This document shows positions 52,792 to 63,268 of a stretch of 64,000 bases of DNA, in pieces (positions within the stretch are counted from its first letter, which is position 1; every line of letters begins with the position of its first letter). This DNA is from Verrucomicrobia bacterium GWF2_51_19 (lineage in GTDB: Bacteria > Verrucomicrobiota > Verrucomicrobiia > Opitutales > UBA12508), in NCBI GenBank assembly GCA_001831095.1, contig MIDP01000011.1, forward strand, positions 5,608 to 69,607, in the 5' to 3' direction. The notes beneath the pieces are model-generated. The model worked only from the letters and a program-made list of their open reading frames with translations, searched no databases and was not told the DNA's origin. The translations under genes and the position numbers were made by a program.

Positions 52792-54993
52792 TCAGCTGAG
52801 GTCCACGGGGTCGACATCAAAGACGTCTATAACGTCTGGATCGGAGGTGAACTTGGAGCGGATGGCGAGGATTTTTTGCAGCGTTTGGGAGACGTTTGGC
52901 GTGAAATACCAGACGTGGACACGGTAAAAGTCTTTGATTTTCTCGAGCGGTGCGGGCGCTGGGCCACGGATTTCGATCTTCTCTGGCAGGGACGCCTCCA
53001 ACGTACGCACCCACTGTTCCGCAACAAAGGTAACCTTTTCCTGATTGTGACCGCGAAAGAGGTGGCGAATGAGGTGACGGAACGGCGGGTAATGAAATTC
53101 CTTGCGCTGTTCGAGTTCTTGTTCGAGAAAGCCGTCAAAGTCGCTGCGCTTGGCGAACTGAATGGGATCGCTGTAGGGCGTACAGGTCTGGATGACGACC
53201 TCTCCCGCCTTGTCTCCACGACCCGATCGACCCGCGACCTGCACAATCAGCTGAAAGGTGCGCTCGGCGGCGCGAAAGTCCGGCATTTTCAGTGAAATAT
53301 CGGCATCGACGAGGCCAACCAACGTGACATTGGGAAAGTCGAGGCCCTTTGCGATCATCTGTGTACCGATGAGAATGTCGATTTTGCCAGCGCGGAAGTC
53401 GGCGAGGGTCTTGCGGAGGGCATCCTTTTGCGTGCTGTCGGTGTCGACTCGGACAACCCTAGCCTTGGGCAACATCTTTTGGACGACGTCCTCGACTTTT
53501 TGTGTCCCAAAGCCGCGCCAACGGATCTTGTCCGAAGCGCACTGCGGGCAGCACTGGGGCGCACGTTCCGAAAAGCCGCAAATGTGGCATTTTTGGAGGT
53601 CGTCTTGGCGGTGAAAGGTCAGGGCGACGCTGCAACACGGGCAAGTCGCGACAAACCCGCAATCGGGGCAGAGCAGGCTCGTCGAATAGCCGCGGCGGTT
53701 GATAAAGAGAATCGATTGCTCTTTGCGTTCAAAGCGGTCAAAGAGCTTGCTGGCGAGCGTCCTGGAAAGGAGCGCCGCATTTTTAAGCCGCTCCATCTTC
53801 ATGTCTACAATGTGAATCAGCGGCATTTGGCGATCGTCGACGCGCTTGGTTAGGCGATTCAGGCAATAGTCTTTGTGTTTGACGTTGTACAGCGATTCAA
53901 GGGATGGCGTCGCGGAGCCGAGAATGCAGACAGCCTTGTTGAGGTAGGCTCGGTAAACGGCGATGTCGCGGCCATGATAACGCGGGTTTTCGGATTGCTT
54001 GTAGGCGGGCTCGTGCTCCTCGTCGACGATGACGAGCTTGATGTTCTTGAGGGGCGCAAAAATGGCTGAACGAGCGCCAACCACCACCGACGACTTCCCT
54101 GTAGCCAACGCATGCCAGGCGTCAAAGCGTTCTCCGTTAGACAGAGAGCTGTGCCAGACGACCGATGATAGCCCGTGCAGCTCCAATCGCGATTGTAAGC
54201 GTCCAACCGTCTGCGGCGTCAAGGCAACTTCTGGCACCAAAAAAACCACGTCGCCACCCATCTCCAAAACACGGTGGATCGCCCGCAAGTAAATTTCCGT
54301 CTTCCCCGAGCCAGTAACGCCATGCAACAAGTGTGTCCTATAAACACCCGCATCCAGACTACTAAAAATCGAGTCGAGCGCCGTCTCTTGTTCGTGCATC
54401 AGGCGAAGAGGCGTGTGGGCCGCCACGCGTTCACTGTTGGCCGCCTCGTCCACGTAAGGGTTGCGGTCCACCGAACGCTCGGTCTCTAAAAACAGCCCCT
54501 TCTCCACCAAGGCCCGCAAAATACCCTCGCCGATACCCCTCTCATGGACCAACGCCGACTTCACCAACGGACCGCCCAGAAGCGCTTGATAGGCCTCTGC
54601 TTGACGCGGCGCTCGTCGTTGCAAGACCTCCAGTTCGGCCTCCGTCAACACTTTCGTGATCGACAGCACCTTTTCATAGCGGAAACGGCCCTCTTGACGC
54701 ACTACCGCCGGTATGATCGTCTCAAACACTGAGTCCAGCGAACACGCGTAATAACGTTGCATCCAGTAGGCCATCGAAAGGGTGTCCGGCGTCACTACAG
54801 GCCAATCGTAGACAACGGCGTTGACCGACTTCAGACGACTCGGGGCGTCCGGCGCCGTCTCCACCACAATGCCCAAACACTCCCGATTCCGTAAGGGTAC
54901 CTTTACCAGCGTCCCAAACGGCAACGCGCGCTCAAAGGTGTAGCTCAAGCGGCGATCAAGGCCCGTCAAAGGCTGTACCGTCACGATGCTCAT
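52792..54993 (-). CDS. priA: primosomal protein N' (PriA helicase)
   Basis: GVTGSGKTEIYL, DEEHE and the Cys-rich Zn motifs (CPDCGFVATCPCC...CHICG...CPQC). The start was chosen at ATG 54993, overlapping the lgt stop (ATGA). The track start is 55005. Confidence 0.95.
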   Translation of the reverse strand: MSIVTVQPLTGLDRRLSYTFERALPFGTLVKVPLRNRECLGIVVETAPDAPSRLKSVNAVVYDWPVVTPDTLSMAYWMQRYYACSLDSVFETIIPAVVRQEGRFRYEKVLSITKVLTEAELEVLQRRAPRQAEAYQALLGGPLVKSALVHERGIGEGILRALVEKGLFLETERSVDRNPYVDEAANSERVAAHTPLRLMHEQETALDSIFSSLDAGVYRTHLLHGVTGSGKTEIYLRAIHRVLEMGGDVVFLVPEVALTPQTVGRLQSRLELHGLSSVVWHSSLSNGERFDAWHALATGKSSVVVGARSAIFAPLKNIKLVIVDEEHEPAYKQSENPRYHGRDIAVYRAYLNKAVCILGSATPSLESLYNVKHKDYCLNRLTKRVDDRQMPLIHIVDMKMERLKNAALLSRTLASKLFDRFERKEQSILFINRRGYSTSLLCPDCGFVATCPCCSVALTFHRQDDLQKCHICGFSERAPQCCPQCASDKIRWRGFGTQKVEDVVQKMLPKARVVRVDTDSTQKDALRKTLADFRAGKIDILIGTQMIAKGLDFPNVTLVGLVDADISLKMPDFRAAERTFQLIVQVAGRSGRGDKAGEVVIQTCTPYSDPIQFAKRSDFDGFLEQELEQRKEFHYPPFRHLIRHLFRGHNQEKVTFVAEQWVRTLEASLPEKIEIRGPAPAPLEKIKDFYRVHVWYFTPNVSQTLQKILAIRSKFTSDPDVIDVFDVDPVDLS

Positions 54994-55814
54994 ACCGCCT
55001 TCCAACGCGCCCGCAATACCAAATAAAGGCCAAATATCAGCGAAAATAACGAGTAAAATTGCCCCCGCGTCAGGCCGATAATCAGCGCCGCGTCGGGCTC
55101 ACGGAAACATTCCACCACGATTCGCGCCACCGAATAAAGTATAAAGAACTCGCCAATCAACTGCCCGGGCCGCTCTTTGATTACCCGTGTTCGCCAAAAC
55201 CGCCACTGCAAATACACAAACGGAATTAGTCCCTCCAGGATCGCCTCGTAGAGCTGCGACGGGTGCCTCGGAGAAATCAACGCTAGCGGCGTCCCCGGCA
55301 TGCTGTTTGGGAAAATCACCGCCCAGCTAACATCCGTCACACGCCCCCATAACTCCCCATTCACGAAATTCGCTATCCGCCCAAAAAATAACCCCGGCGT
55401 CGCCACCGTACCCAAAATGTCTCCTAAAAAGAAAATACTGTACCCGTACTTCTTCGAAAACCATAGCAACACCACCGCTACCCCCAAAATCCCCCCGTGA
55501 CTCGACATCCCACTGATCCCGCCATCCCAAAATTTGAAAAAAATCCACGGCTCCTTCATGAAATGTAAAAAATCATAAAATATCAAATACCCCAATCGCC
55601 CCCCGACCAATACCCCAACCACTAAGGCCGATAATAACTCTCCCTCCACCTCCTTCGTCCACCCCACTCTGCCTTCCCTCCGATACCAACCCAACAACCC
55701 CCAGCCCACTAAAAATCCCACCAAGTACGCCACCCCATACCAACGTATACCACTTATCACAAAATATTCCGGAAATTTTATCAGAAATGGATCTATATTA
55801 TGTATATAATGCAT
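54990..55814 (-). CDS. lgt: prolipoprotein diacylglyceryl transferase
   Basis: 274-aa multi-TM protein with IRWYGVAYLVGF, GGRLGY, GRIANFVNGELWG and HPSQLYEA. Confidence 0.93.
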   Translation of the reverse strand: MHYIHNIDPFLIKFPEYFVISGIRWYGVAYLVGFLVGWGLLGWYRREGRVGWTKEVEGELLSALVVGVLVGGRLGYLIFYDFLHFMKEPWIFFKFWDGGISGMSSHGGILGVAVVLLWFSKKYGYSIFFLGDILGTVATPGLFFGRIANFVNGELWGRVTDVSWAVIFPNSMPGTPLALISPRHPSQLYEAILEGLIPFVYLQWRFWRTRVIKERPGQLIGEFFILYSVARIVVECFREPDAALIIGLTRGQFYSLFSLIFGLYLVLRARWKAV

Positions 55815-55880
55815 GGGTGTAGATGGAAAAACCTTTTTTGAAAAAAAGGCTTCTCCAAACCTCTTCCAAAAAACTTTTTA

Positions 55881-55919
55881 GCGAAACAACAAAAGGCGTA
55901 CCGCCTTTTGTTATTTCGC
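55881..55919 (-). terminator. long near-perfect hairpin downstream of glyA (possible bidirectional terminator)
   Basis: GCGAAACAACAAAAGGCG-tac-CGCCTTTTGTTATTTCGC (18-bp stem, 1 mismatch). U-rich flanks on both strands. Confidence 0.5.
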
Positions 55920-55982
55920 AATAAAAGTGTTTGGCGGAGGAGTTTGAGGAACCACTTTTATTCTATAAAAGGGGTTTCTCAA

Positions 55983-57227
55983 TTAATAGGGTAAGGGATA
56001 TTTAGAAGTAAGGGATTGAACGAGAGGGATAGCAGATTCTGGGGAGGAGTTGAGGGTGAGGGAGATCGCTTGGGCGACGGTATCCATATCGGACTCGGTG
56101 AATCCGCGTGAAGTGACGGCTGGGGAGCCGAGGCGGATGCCGCTGGCGAGGAATGGGCTACGGGTTTCGCCGGGGATGGTATTGCGGTTGGTTGTGATGC
56201 GGGCGAGGTCGAGTTTATCTTGGGCCTCTTTGCCGGTGAGGTCGGGGTGGGACTTGCGGAGGTCGATGAGGAGGAGGTGGTTATCGGTGCCGCCGCTGAC
56301 GACAGAAAAGCCGCGTTGGGAGAGTCCTCGGGCGAGGGAGCTGGCGTTGAGGACGACCTGCTGCATATATTGGCGGAAAGAATCTTTCTGAGCTTCGTGG
56401 AAGCAGACGGCCTTAGCGGCGATGACGTGCATGAGGGGTCCGCCCTGGGTGCCGGGGAAGATGGATGCGTCGATTTGTTTGGCAAAAATTTCGCGGCAGA
56501 GAATGAGTCCGCTGCGCGGTCCACGTAGGGTCTTATGGGTAGTGGTTGTGACGAAGTCGGCGTGGGGAATGGGCGATGGATGAAGTCCGGTAGCGACGAG
56601 GCCGGCGATGTGGGCAATATCGGCCATGAGGAGGGCATTGACAGCTTTAGCGATTTTGCCCATGCGCGCGAAGTCGATGGTGCGTGGGTAGGCGGAGGCG
56701 CCGACGGTGATTAATTTCGGATGATGTTCTTTGGCGAGGGACTCGAGTTGGTCGTAATCGATGCGACCTGTCTCGACGTTGACGCCGTAATGGACAACTT
56801 TATAGAGGTGACCGCTGATATTTTTCGGGTGACCGTGAGTGAGGTGGCCGCCGTCCTGGAGGCTCATGGTGAGAATGGTATCACCGGGCTCCAAAAACGC
56901 GTTGTAAACAGCGACGTTTGCCTGTGTTCCCGAGTGAGGCTGGACATTTGCGTGTTCGGCTCCGAAGAGGGCCTTGGCTCTGTCGATGGCGAGCTGTTCA
57001 ACGACATCGACGTTCTGACAGCCGCCGTAGTAGCGTCGCTTCGGGTATCCTTCGGCGTACTTGTTGGTCAAGACGCTTCCCGTGGCCTCCAAGATAGCCG
57101 GTAAGGTAAAGTTCTCTGACGCAATCAGTTCGATATGATCTTCCTGTCGGCGAATTTCTGCCTGAATGGCCTGAAAAATTTCCGGATCCAACTCCTCCAA
57201 CGTTGCATTGTTTAAGTAACCCTTCAT
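55983..57227 (-). CDS. glyA: serine hydroxymethyltransferase
   Basis: [18 protein letters not shown] and [14 protein letters not shown] (PLP lysine). The start was chosen at ATG 57227 ([12 protein letters not shown]), giving 414 aa. Confidence 0.96.
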   Translation of the reverse strand: MKGYLNNATLEELDPEIFQAIQAEIRRQEDHIELIASENFTLPAILEATGSVLTNKYAEGYPKRRYYGGCQNVDVVEQLAIDRAKALFGAEHANVQPHSGTQANVAVYNAFLEPGDTILTMSLQDGGHLTHGHPKNISGHLYKVVHYGVNVETGRIDYDQLESLAKEHHPKLITVGASAYPRTIDFARMGKIAKAVNALLMADIAHIAGLVATGLHPSPIPHADFVTTTTHKTLRGPRSGLILCREIFAKQIDASIFPGTQGGPLMHVIAAKAVCFHEAQKDSFRQYMQQVVLNASSLARGLSQRGFSVVSGGTDNHLLLIDLRKSHPDLTGKEAQDKLDLARITTNRNTIPGETRSPFLASGIRLGSPAVTSRGFTESDMDTVAQAISLTLNSSPESAIPLVQSLTSKYPLPY

Positions 57228-57267
57228 AAGGGTTATCTTTTTATTATCATGAGTCAACAACGTCAAG

Positions 57268-57837
57268 TCATAAGCGCGCGATAAACTGGGCCAAGTTGGC
57301 GAGCGATTGATTGAAGGCCCGGACGACGGATGGAGCATCTTTGGTATTACAGGGGATATCGAAGGCGATGTACTGCCACGTTTGCGTCTTTTGTTGCAGG
57401 CAGACGTTTGCCCGGACGACGACTTTTTGTGCGTTTTGGTCGGGAATGAATTCCAAGAACTGGATAGAAATCAGATTTTTCTGAGTCTCCGCGTTGGCGT
57501 ACTGGTAGGAACAGACTGGGACGTTGGGCCGGAGGGCGTGGAGGTTTTCCATGAGGACGCGGCGGACGGCTGCGGAGAGGGGCTCGCTCCAGCGTTGAAA
57601 CTCGTGAAAGGCGACGCGTGAATCGGTGCCAAGGACGGCGATTTTGGGGTTATTGGCGTACTCGGGCAGGTCGATGCGGCCGAGAACAAGGGCTTCACCG
57701 TCGTCGCGGCTGACGGCATTTAGAGGCGTCGATTCCAGCTGGTAGCATTGCGATGGGTCGCGCTGAGCCTTGAAGTTAAAGCAGCCCGAGAGGAGTAAAC
57801 AAATGAGCGAAAGGAGTTTGAGATGGTTTTTTTTCAT
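57268..57837 (-). CDS. PqiC/YmbA-like ABC-transport auxiliary lipoprotein
   Basis: Lipobox LLLSGC and an ABC_trans_aux-like body ([14 protein letters not shown]...[17 protein letters not shown]). The start was moved to 57837 because upstream codons are R2-repeat sequence. Confidence 0.7.
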   Translation of the reverse strand: MKKNHLKLLSLICLLLSGCFNFKAQRDPSQCYQLESTPLNAVSRDDGEALVLGRIDLPEYANNPKIAVLGTDSRVAFHEFQRWSEPLSAAVRRVLMENLHALRPNVPVCSYQYANAETQKNLISIQFLEFIPDQNAQKVVVRANVCLQQKTQTWQYIAFDIPCNTKDAPSVVRAFNQSLANLAQFIARL

Positions 57838-57847
57838 AAAAGTCATT

Positions 57848-57903
57848 CGTGAGGCCGTCGGGTGAAGCGCGAAACGAGTTTTCACGCGATTTTGAAGCGT
57901 CGC
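57848..57903 (-). repeat. R2 5-prime fragment
   Basis: The minus-strand sequence gcgacgcttcaaaatcgcgtgaaaactcgtttcgcgcttcac starts right after the MCE-gene stop (57904-57906). Confidence 0.75.
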
Positions 57904-58872
57904 TCATGGCATCGGTTTGCCGGCTAGAAGAGCACTGGGATTACGTTCCAGAAAGTCAGCGAGGCTACGAACGGCTCTAGCGGCCTCGCGGATGGATGAG
58001 AGGGCCTGTTCGAGTTCTGAACCGACAGCTGCGTTTGGAGAGAAAGTATTTTCGAGGCTGCCAAAGACGCGTTTAGCCTGGTCGAGGACGGTGTTCATTT
58101 TCTGAGAGAGGGTGGCCAATTCTGTTTGGGCGCTTGAGGAGAGTTTGTCCATGTTGGTGATGGCGCTGCGCAGGGCGGGAGATTTTAGGACTTCGTTAAA
58201 GGACTCACCGGCCTCGAGGAAGGTGCTGTTGATTTTGGCAAAATCGACCTCTTTGAGGCCGCCATCGAGGGTTTTGGCGATGGACTCCATACGGCGACCG
58301 ATGCCTGGCCAATTGATGTGGTTGAGCTTTTCGAGAATATCGGAGAGAGATTTCCAGATTTCACCGAGGTCGGAGGCGATGGTAGGAATGCGGAGGTAGC
58401 CCATACGGCGGCGGACATCGGTGTCTTCGATGGTGTTAGAAAAATAGTCGAGTTCGATAAAGAGGCGGCCAGTGACGTAGCTTTGGTAAGTCAATTTGGC
58501 GCGCAGGCCCTTGTTGATTTGAGCTAGAAGGATCTCTTCGTTGCCGAGATTGAAGACATTGCCCTTGTCGGTCTTGAGGGCGGACTTTTCGATTTCGATC
58601 AAAACGGGGGTGGAGCCTAGAGAATCTTGTTTGTTGAAGTGCAGCAAGATGGCGCTGACTTCGCCGATGCGGACGCCGCGAAACTTGACGGGGGCGCCGA
58701 CCTCGAGGCCGTTAATGGACGTTGAAAAGTTGAGGAGAAAGTGTTCTTTTTTTGAGAAAAAGCGGCCCGACCCCAAGACAATTAGGGCAAGTATCAGCAG
58801 CCCGAGCGCTCCAATAATGAAAACACCGATCAGGGTGGGTTGGACTCTTCTAGAAGCGTTGTCTTGCATTGG
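57904..58872 (-). CDS. MlaD/PqiB-type MCE-domain protein
   Basis: TM anchor (LIGVFIIGALGLLILALIVL) followed by the MCE domain (INGLEVGAPVKFRGVRIGEVSAI). The start was chosen at Met 58872; the track ORF extends to 59025. Confidence 0.8.
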   Translation of the reverse strand, partial: PMQDNASRRVQPTLIGVFIIGALGLLILALIVLGSGRFFSKKEHFLLNFSTSINGLEVGAPVKFRGVRIGEVSAILLHFNKQDSLGSTPVLIEIEKSALKTDKGNVFNLGNEEILLAQINKGLRAKLTYQSYVTGRLFIELDYFSNTIEDTDVRRRMGYLRIPTIASDLGEIWKSLSDILEKLNHINWPGIGRRMESIAKTLDGGLKEVDFAKINSTFLEAGESFNEVLKSPALRSAITNMDKLSSSAQTELATLSQKMNTVLDQAKRVFGSLENTFSPNAAVGSELEQALSSIREAARAVRSLADFLERNPSALLAGKPMP

Positions 58873-59034
58873 TCTTTTCAAAGAATACAAGAAAAGCGCC
58901 CCCAAGGTCAACATAGAAATGCGGAAGCACTTTTGGCCCTCGATCCTCAGTGACCGATACCTCTGTTTCATGCCGCCAGAATTGATATACAAGTGTGAAA
59001 ACGAAGTTTCACACCCTTTCCGCAAATGATCTTT

Positions 59035-59430
59035 TTAGCGCTTGGAGAACTGGAAGCGTTTACGTGCGCCTGGCTGACCGGACTTCTTACGTTCTTTCAT
59101 GCGTGAGTCACGCGTGAGGTGGCCTTGTTTTTTGAGGGCTGAACGCAATTCGCCGTCCATAGACTGGAGGGCACGAGCGATACCGTGTGCAATGGCGCCG
59201 CTCTGGCCGGAGTTGCCTCCGCCCTTAACATTGACAGAGACATCGACAGAATCCTTCATTTCAACCGTCTTTAACGGGGCAGTCGCCTCATTGATCCAAG
59301 ACTCCGATTGATTGTATTCAGCAATCGCGCGGTCATTGACGACAATTTTGCCGCTTCCTTTAGACAGGCGAACGCGGGCAACGGACGTCTTGCGACGACC
59401 TGTACCGAGAAATTCATCAGATTTTTTCAT
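59035..59430 (-). CDS. rpsI: 30S ribosomal protein S9
   Basis: GTGRRKTSVARV and the C-terminal PGARKRFQFSKR. Confidence 0.97.
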   Translation of the reverse strand: MKKSDEFLGTGRRKTSVARVRLSKGSGKIVVNDRAIAEYNQSESWINEATAPLKTVEMKDSVDVSVNVKGGGNSGQSGAIAHGIARALQSMDGELRSALKKQGHLTRDSRMKERKKSGQPGARKRFQFSKR

Positions 59431-59433
59431 AGA

Positions 59434-59862
59434 TTAGGCTTGAAAGGATTCGGGTTGTTGAGCGGAATGCGGGTGCTCTTCGCCGGCATAAATTTTCAGC
59501 TTTTTCAGCATAGCGGAGGAGAGACGATTTTTTGGCAACATACCTTTGACGGCGTGTTCGATGATAAACTCTGGGCGTCTTTTGCGGAAGTCGGCGAGCG
59601 AGACGTGTTTAGCACCGCCCATATAACCCGAGTAGAACATATAAGACTTCTGTTCTTCCTTCTTGCCGGTCACTTTGACCTTTTCGGCGTTGATGACGAC
59701 GACGCAATCACCTGTGTCGACGTGCGGCGTGTATATTGTCTTATGACGGCCGCGGAGAAGATTGGCGATTTTGACGGCCAATCGACCTAATACCTGGTCT
59801 TTGGCGTCGATTAAAAGCCATTTCCGCTGGACCGTTTCGTTCTTTGCTAAAGTCGTTTTCAT
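59434..59862 (-). CDS. rplM: 50S ribosomal protein L13
   Basis: [27 protein letters not shown] and GMLPKNRL. Confidence 0.97.
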   Translation of the reverse strand: MKTTLAKNETVQRKWLLIDAKDQVLGRLAVKIANLLRGRHKTIYTPHVDTGDCVVVINAEKVKVTGKKEEQKSYMFYSGYMGGAKHVSLADFRKRRPEFIIEHAVKGMLPKNRLSSAMLKKLKIYAGEEHPHSAQQPESFQA

Positions 59863-59981
59863 GTTGAAGCCTTGAACGCTAAACCGATAATCACTCTTGT
59901 CAAATAAATTTTTTCGGAAATTGTATGTTTTTGTTACGTTTTTTGAATGTTCGTAAAATTATACAAATAAATACAGCAGTC

Positions 59982-60449
59982 TTAATAATAACGATAAACA
60001 GTAAATTCTGAATTTTTCTGCAGTACCTCTTTCGTTGAAAAGAATGCCTCGAATGGAGGGAAATAAGTATCGCCGTCGACGTTTTTGTGTACACGTGTCA
60101 AAAAGAGCTCTGAACAGTGCGGCAACGCTGACCTGTAGACCTCCGCACCTCCGCAGATCCAAAGAGGCTGGCTTCGGGGCATTGCGAGTGCCATTTCAAG
60201 GCTAGAAAATGTCTTCACTCCCGAGAAGGACCACGCTGACTGCGTCGTGAGCACCCACGTCTCGCGCCCCGAAAGGACTTTTCCAATCGATTCCAAGGTC
60301 TTGCGACCCATCAGCAAAATCCCTCCCTGTGTACAGGTCTTAAACCAACGCAGGTCTTCGGGCAAATGCCACGGAATGCGGCCCTGATGCCCCATGACAT
60401 TGTTTTCCGACACGGCCACGATCATTGCTATTTTAGGAACGCTTGACAT
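59982..60449 (-). CDS. folA: dihydrofolate reductase
   Basis: IAMIVAVSENNVMGHQGRIPWHLPEDLRWFK and LLMGRKTLESIG. The start was chosen at Met 60449 to avoid overlapping parA. Confidence 0.9.
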   Translation of the reverse strand: MSSVPKIAMIVAVSENNVMGHQGRIPWHLPEDLRWFKTCTQGGILLMGRKTLESIGKVLSGRETWVLTTQSAWSFSGVKTFSSLEMALAMPRSQPLWICGGAEVYRSALPHCSELFLTRVHKNVDGDTYFPPFEAFFSTKEVLQKNSEFTVYRYY

Positions 60450-60486
60450 ATTGACAATTACAGAAAATCTAAATACAAATTTGCAC

Positions 60487-61269
60487 ATGACAACTCTTTT
60501 CACCATAGCGAATCAAAAAGGCGGCGTTGGCAAAACCACCACGGCGATCAATTTAGCTGTTGCATTGGCCAGGAAAAAGATTCGGACCCTGCTCATCGAC
60601 CTCGACCCTCAAGGAAACGCGACCAGCGGCCTCGGATTTGATCGCGAAGAGGGCAAGAGTCTTTACCGCCCGCTCCACGGCGAAGGCAACGCGCGGGACT
60701 TCGTTCTGCACTCACGCGAACCGCTCCTGGACCTCATTCCGTCTGAGACAGACCTGTCGGCCATCGAGTTCGAACTGGGCCAAAAAAGCGACCCACTCAC
60801 ACAGCTCAAGCGTTGCATAGAGCCCCTTCGGAGGGCTGATTACAGCGTGATTCTCATCGATTGTCCGCCCTCCATGGGCATTCTCTCGATGAACAGCCTC
60901 GTCGCGGCGGATGCGCTTCTAGTCGCCCTTCAATGCGAATACCTGGCAATGGAAGGCTTGAGTCAGATTCTTAAAATCGTTGAAAAAGTCAAACAGGGTC
61001 CCAATCATAACCTGAAGGTGGGCGGCATTCTCATGACGATGTTCGATATTCGGACCAACCTGTCTACACAAGTCGTTGAGGACGTCAAAAAGCACTTTCC
61101 GGCCCTCATCTTTAAAACGGTCATTCCGCGTTCGGTCCGCCTCAGTGAAGCCCCGAGCTTCGGTCAGTCGATCTTCGAATACGACCCTGTCAGCAGTGGC
61201 GCAAAAGCCTACATGCAGTTCACCAAAGAAGTGATCCGTCGATTTCAATTAACCCTTGGAGCTCTATGA
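60487..61269 (+). CDS. parA: ParA/Soj-family chromosome-partitioning ATPase
   Basis: Deviant Walker A NQKGGVGKTTTAINLA and DLDPQGNAT. The start was chosen at ATG 60487. The stop overlaps the rnc start. Confidence 0.9.
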   Translation: MTTLFTIANQKGGVGKTTTAINLAVALARKKIRTLLIDLDPQGNATSGLGFDREEGKSLYRPLHGEGNARDFVLHSREPLLDLIPSETDLSAIEFELGQKSDPLTQLKRCIEPLRRADYSVILIDCPPSMGILSMNSLVAADALLVALQCEYLAMEGLSQILKIVEKVKQGPNHNLKVGGILMTMFDIRTNLSTQVVEDVKKHFPALIFKTVIPRSVRLSEAPSFGQSIFEYDPVSSGAKAYMQFTKEVIRRFQLTLGAL

Positions 61270-62021
61270 AAAGGCTTTTTCAGTCAAAAAGCATCCCAGC
61301 GGCCCCAAGCGTTGAAGAAACGGCACACCGGACATTGCAACAGAGAAAATTAGAGCGTTTTCAAAAGCGCATCGGGTATGTATTTAAAAACCCAAGGCTG
61401 GCTGAAGAGGCGCTCTTGCACCCCTCCTACGCCAAGCAAATGGGCCTGGAAAACAACAACCAACGTCTCGAATTCCTGGGTGACGCCGTTCTGTCGGCCG
61501 TTCTAGCAGAAGCCCTCTTCAAGACTTATCCTGATGAACGCGAAGGGTTTCTCGCTCGCGCCAAGTCGGCACTCGGCAAAGGCACCTTTTTGGCCGAAAT
61601 CGCGACAAAACGAAAGTTTAAAGACTTTGTCTTCGTCAGCAAAAAGGAGCGCGAAGTCGATGGCCACAAACGCGAGTCCACACTCGAAGACGCCCTGGAA
61701 TCGCTCATCGGTGCCATCTTTCTCGACTCCGATTACGAAGCGACACGGGCCGTCGTTCTAGAGTGGCTGGGCAAGCTCGACAAGACGCTAAAATCGGTCC
61801 TTCAAGAAGACAATCCAAAGGGACGCCTCCAAGAGCTTTTCCCGCCCTCCAGCAACGATCTCGAATACGTCATAGACAAGACCAAGGGCGACGCCCATGA
61901 GCGCATCTATTACATGTCTGTCTCCATCAACGGAAAAGTTATGGGCACCGGCAAGGGTCCTTCTAAAAAGAAGGCGGAAGAAGAAGCCGCTTCAAATGCC
62001 TTGCGTAAAATGAAGCTTTAG
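61266..62021 (+). CDS. rnc: ribonuclease III
   Basis: Signature ERLEFLGDAVL, catalytic EDALESLIGAIFLD, and a C-terminal dsRBD (KGRLQEL...GPSKKKAEEEAA). Confidence 0.95.
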   Translation: MKRLFQSKSIPAAPSVEETAHRTLQQRKLERFQKRIGYVFKNPRLAEEALLHPSYAKQMGLENNNQRLEFLGDAVLSAVLAEALFKTYPDEREGFLARAKSALGKGTFLAEIATKRKFKDFVFVSKKEREVDGHKRESTLEDALESLIGAIFLDSDYEATRAVVLEWLGKLDKTLKSVLQEDNPKGRLQELFPPSSNDLEYVIDKTKGDAHERIYYMSVSINGKVMGTGKGPSKKKAEEEAASNALRKMKL

Positions 62022-62038
62022 TTAAAATAAGACCCACA

Positions 62039-63268
62039 ATGCCCTGGTACCTCTATTTAGCTCTCAAAAACCTCTTTCCATCGAAGCGGAAAGTGTCGTT
62101 TTTTTCGGTTATCTCGATTGTGGGTGTCGCGTTGGGGGTGATGGTTTTGTTGATTGTGCAGAGCGTGATGAACGGCCTTGGCAAAGAGACGCGTGACAAG
62201 ATTGTCGCCACAGACGGCCACATACGCGTGAGGGCGCCCTACGTCATGTACGACACGGCCCGCCTCTTTGATCTTTTGAAAAAGCAGCCGAACGTTGCTG
62301 GCGTTGCGCCGTATTGCGAGGGAATGGTGATGCTTCAATGCGGAGATCGCGTTGATTTTCCAGTCATTCGCGGAATCGATAGGCAGCTCGAAGGCTCTGT
62401 AACGCACCTGGAGCCGTTTTTCGTGCAGGGAACGCTTCAAAACCTCGACGACGATTCCATTTTCATCTCGGCCGAACTCTCGCGACGATTGGGGATTTAC
62501 ATCGGGGCGACTGTCGAACTCTACTCTCCACTACTGATTCAAAGCATTAAGGCAGACAGTCTTCCACTCCCCAGAGAGGTGACCGTTGCCGGCGTCTTCA
62601 AGACGGGCTGGAACGAGATCGACAACAACACAATCTTTTGCACGCTGCAGCTCACGCAAGACCTTTACGGCATGTCCCATGGTATCCACGGCTTTCACCT
62701 GCGAATCGCACCAGGGGCCAACGTCACAGACGTGGCTCGTGCGATAAACCACAAACTCGTCATGCCGCTTCACGCCACCACTTGGCTGGAAAACAACCGC
62801 GATCTCCTCTTTCTGCTCCAATTGGAAAAGACAACGATGTTTTTCGTGATCTTGTTTATCGTGATCGTCGCCTCGTTTTCCATCTCGAGCTCGCTGATGC
62901 TTTCTGTCGTCCGCAAGACACGCGAAGTTGGCCTGCTTTCAGCCCTGGGTGGGCAAATGTGGCAGATCGGCACACTCTTTTGTCTACAGGGAGTCCTCAT
63001 CGGAATCTTTGGCCTCCTTCTCGGCTTTGGAGGCGGCATACTCGCCCTCACCTTCCGGGAAAATATCATGCAAGCCCTCATGGCCGTCACGCACAGTCGC
63101 GACGCCTTTTTGGAATTTTACCAATTTTCGCGCATGCCTGTCGAATATACGTCCTCGGACTTCATTTTTATCAGCGTCTTCTGCCTGCTATTGGCGACCT
63201 TGGCTGGCCTGATTCCAGCATTGCGCGCGGCAAAACTCAACCCATCGGAGGCCCTACGCAGTGAATGA
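62039..63268 (+). CDS. lolE: lipoprotein-releasing ABC transporter permease LolC/LolE
   Basis: 409 aa with MacB/FtsX topology: TM1, a large periplasmic domain, then 3 C-terminal TM segments. Overlaps lolD. Confidence 0.85.
   Translation: MPWYLYLALKNLFPSKRKVSFFSVISIVGVALGVMVLLIVQSVMNGLGKETRDKIVATDGHIRVRAPYVMYDTARLFDLLKKQPNVAGVAPYCEGMVMLQCGDRVDFPVIRGIDRQLEGSVTHLEPFFVQGTLQNLDDDSIFISAELSRRLGIYIGATVELYSPLLIQSIKADSLPLPREVTVAGVFKTGWNEIDNNTIFCTLQLTQDLYGMSHGIHGFHLRIAPGANVTDVARAINHKLVMPLHATTWLENNRDLLFLLQLEKTTMFFVILFIVIVASFSISSSLMLSVVRKTREVGLLSALGGQMWQIGTLFCLQGVLIGIFGLLLGFGGGILALTFRENIMQALMAVTHSRDAFLEFYQFSRMPVEYTSSDFIFISVFCLLLATLAGLIPALRAAKLNPSEALRSE

Noticed and set aside
55979-56638. 219-aa Pro/Ser-rich ORF overlapping glyA in another frame
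   Set aside because: It lies entirely inside the strongly supported glyA CDS and has low-complexity composition typical of an off-frame reading.
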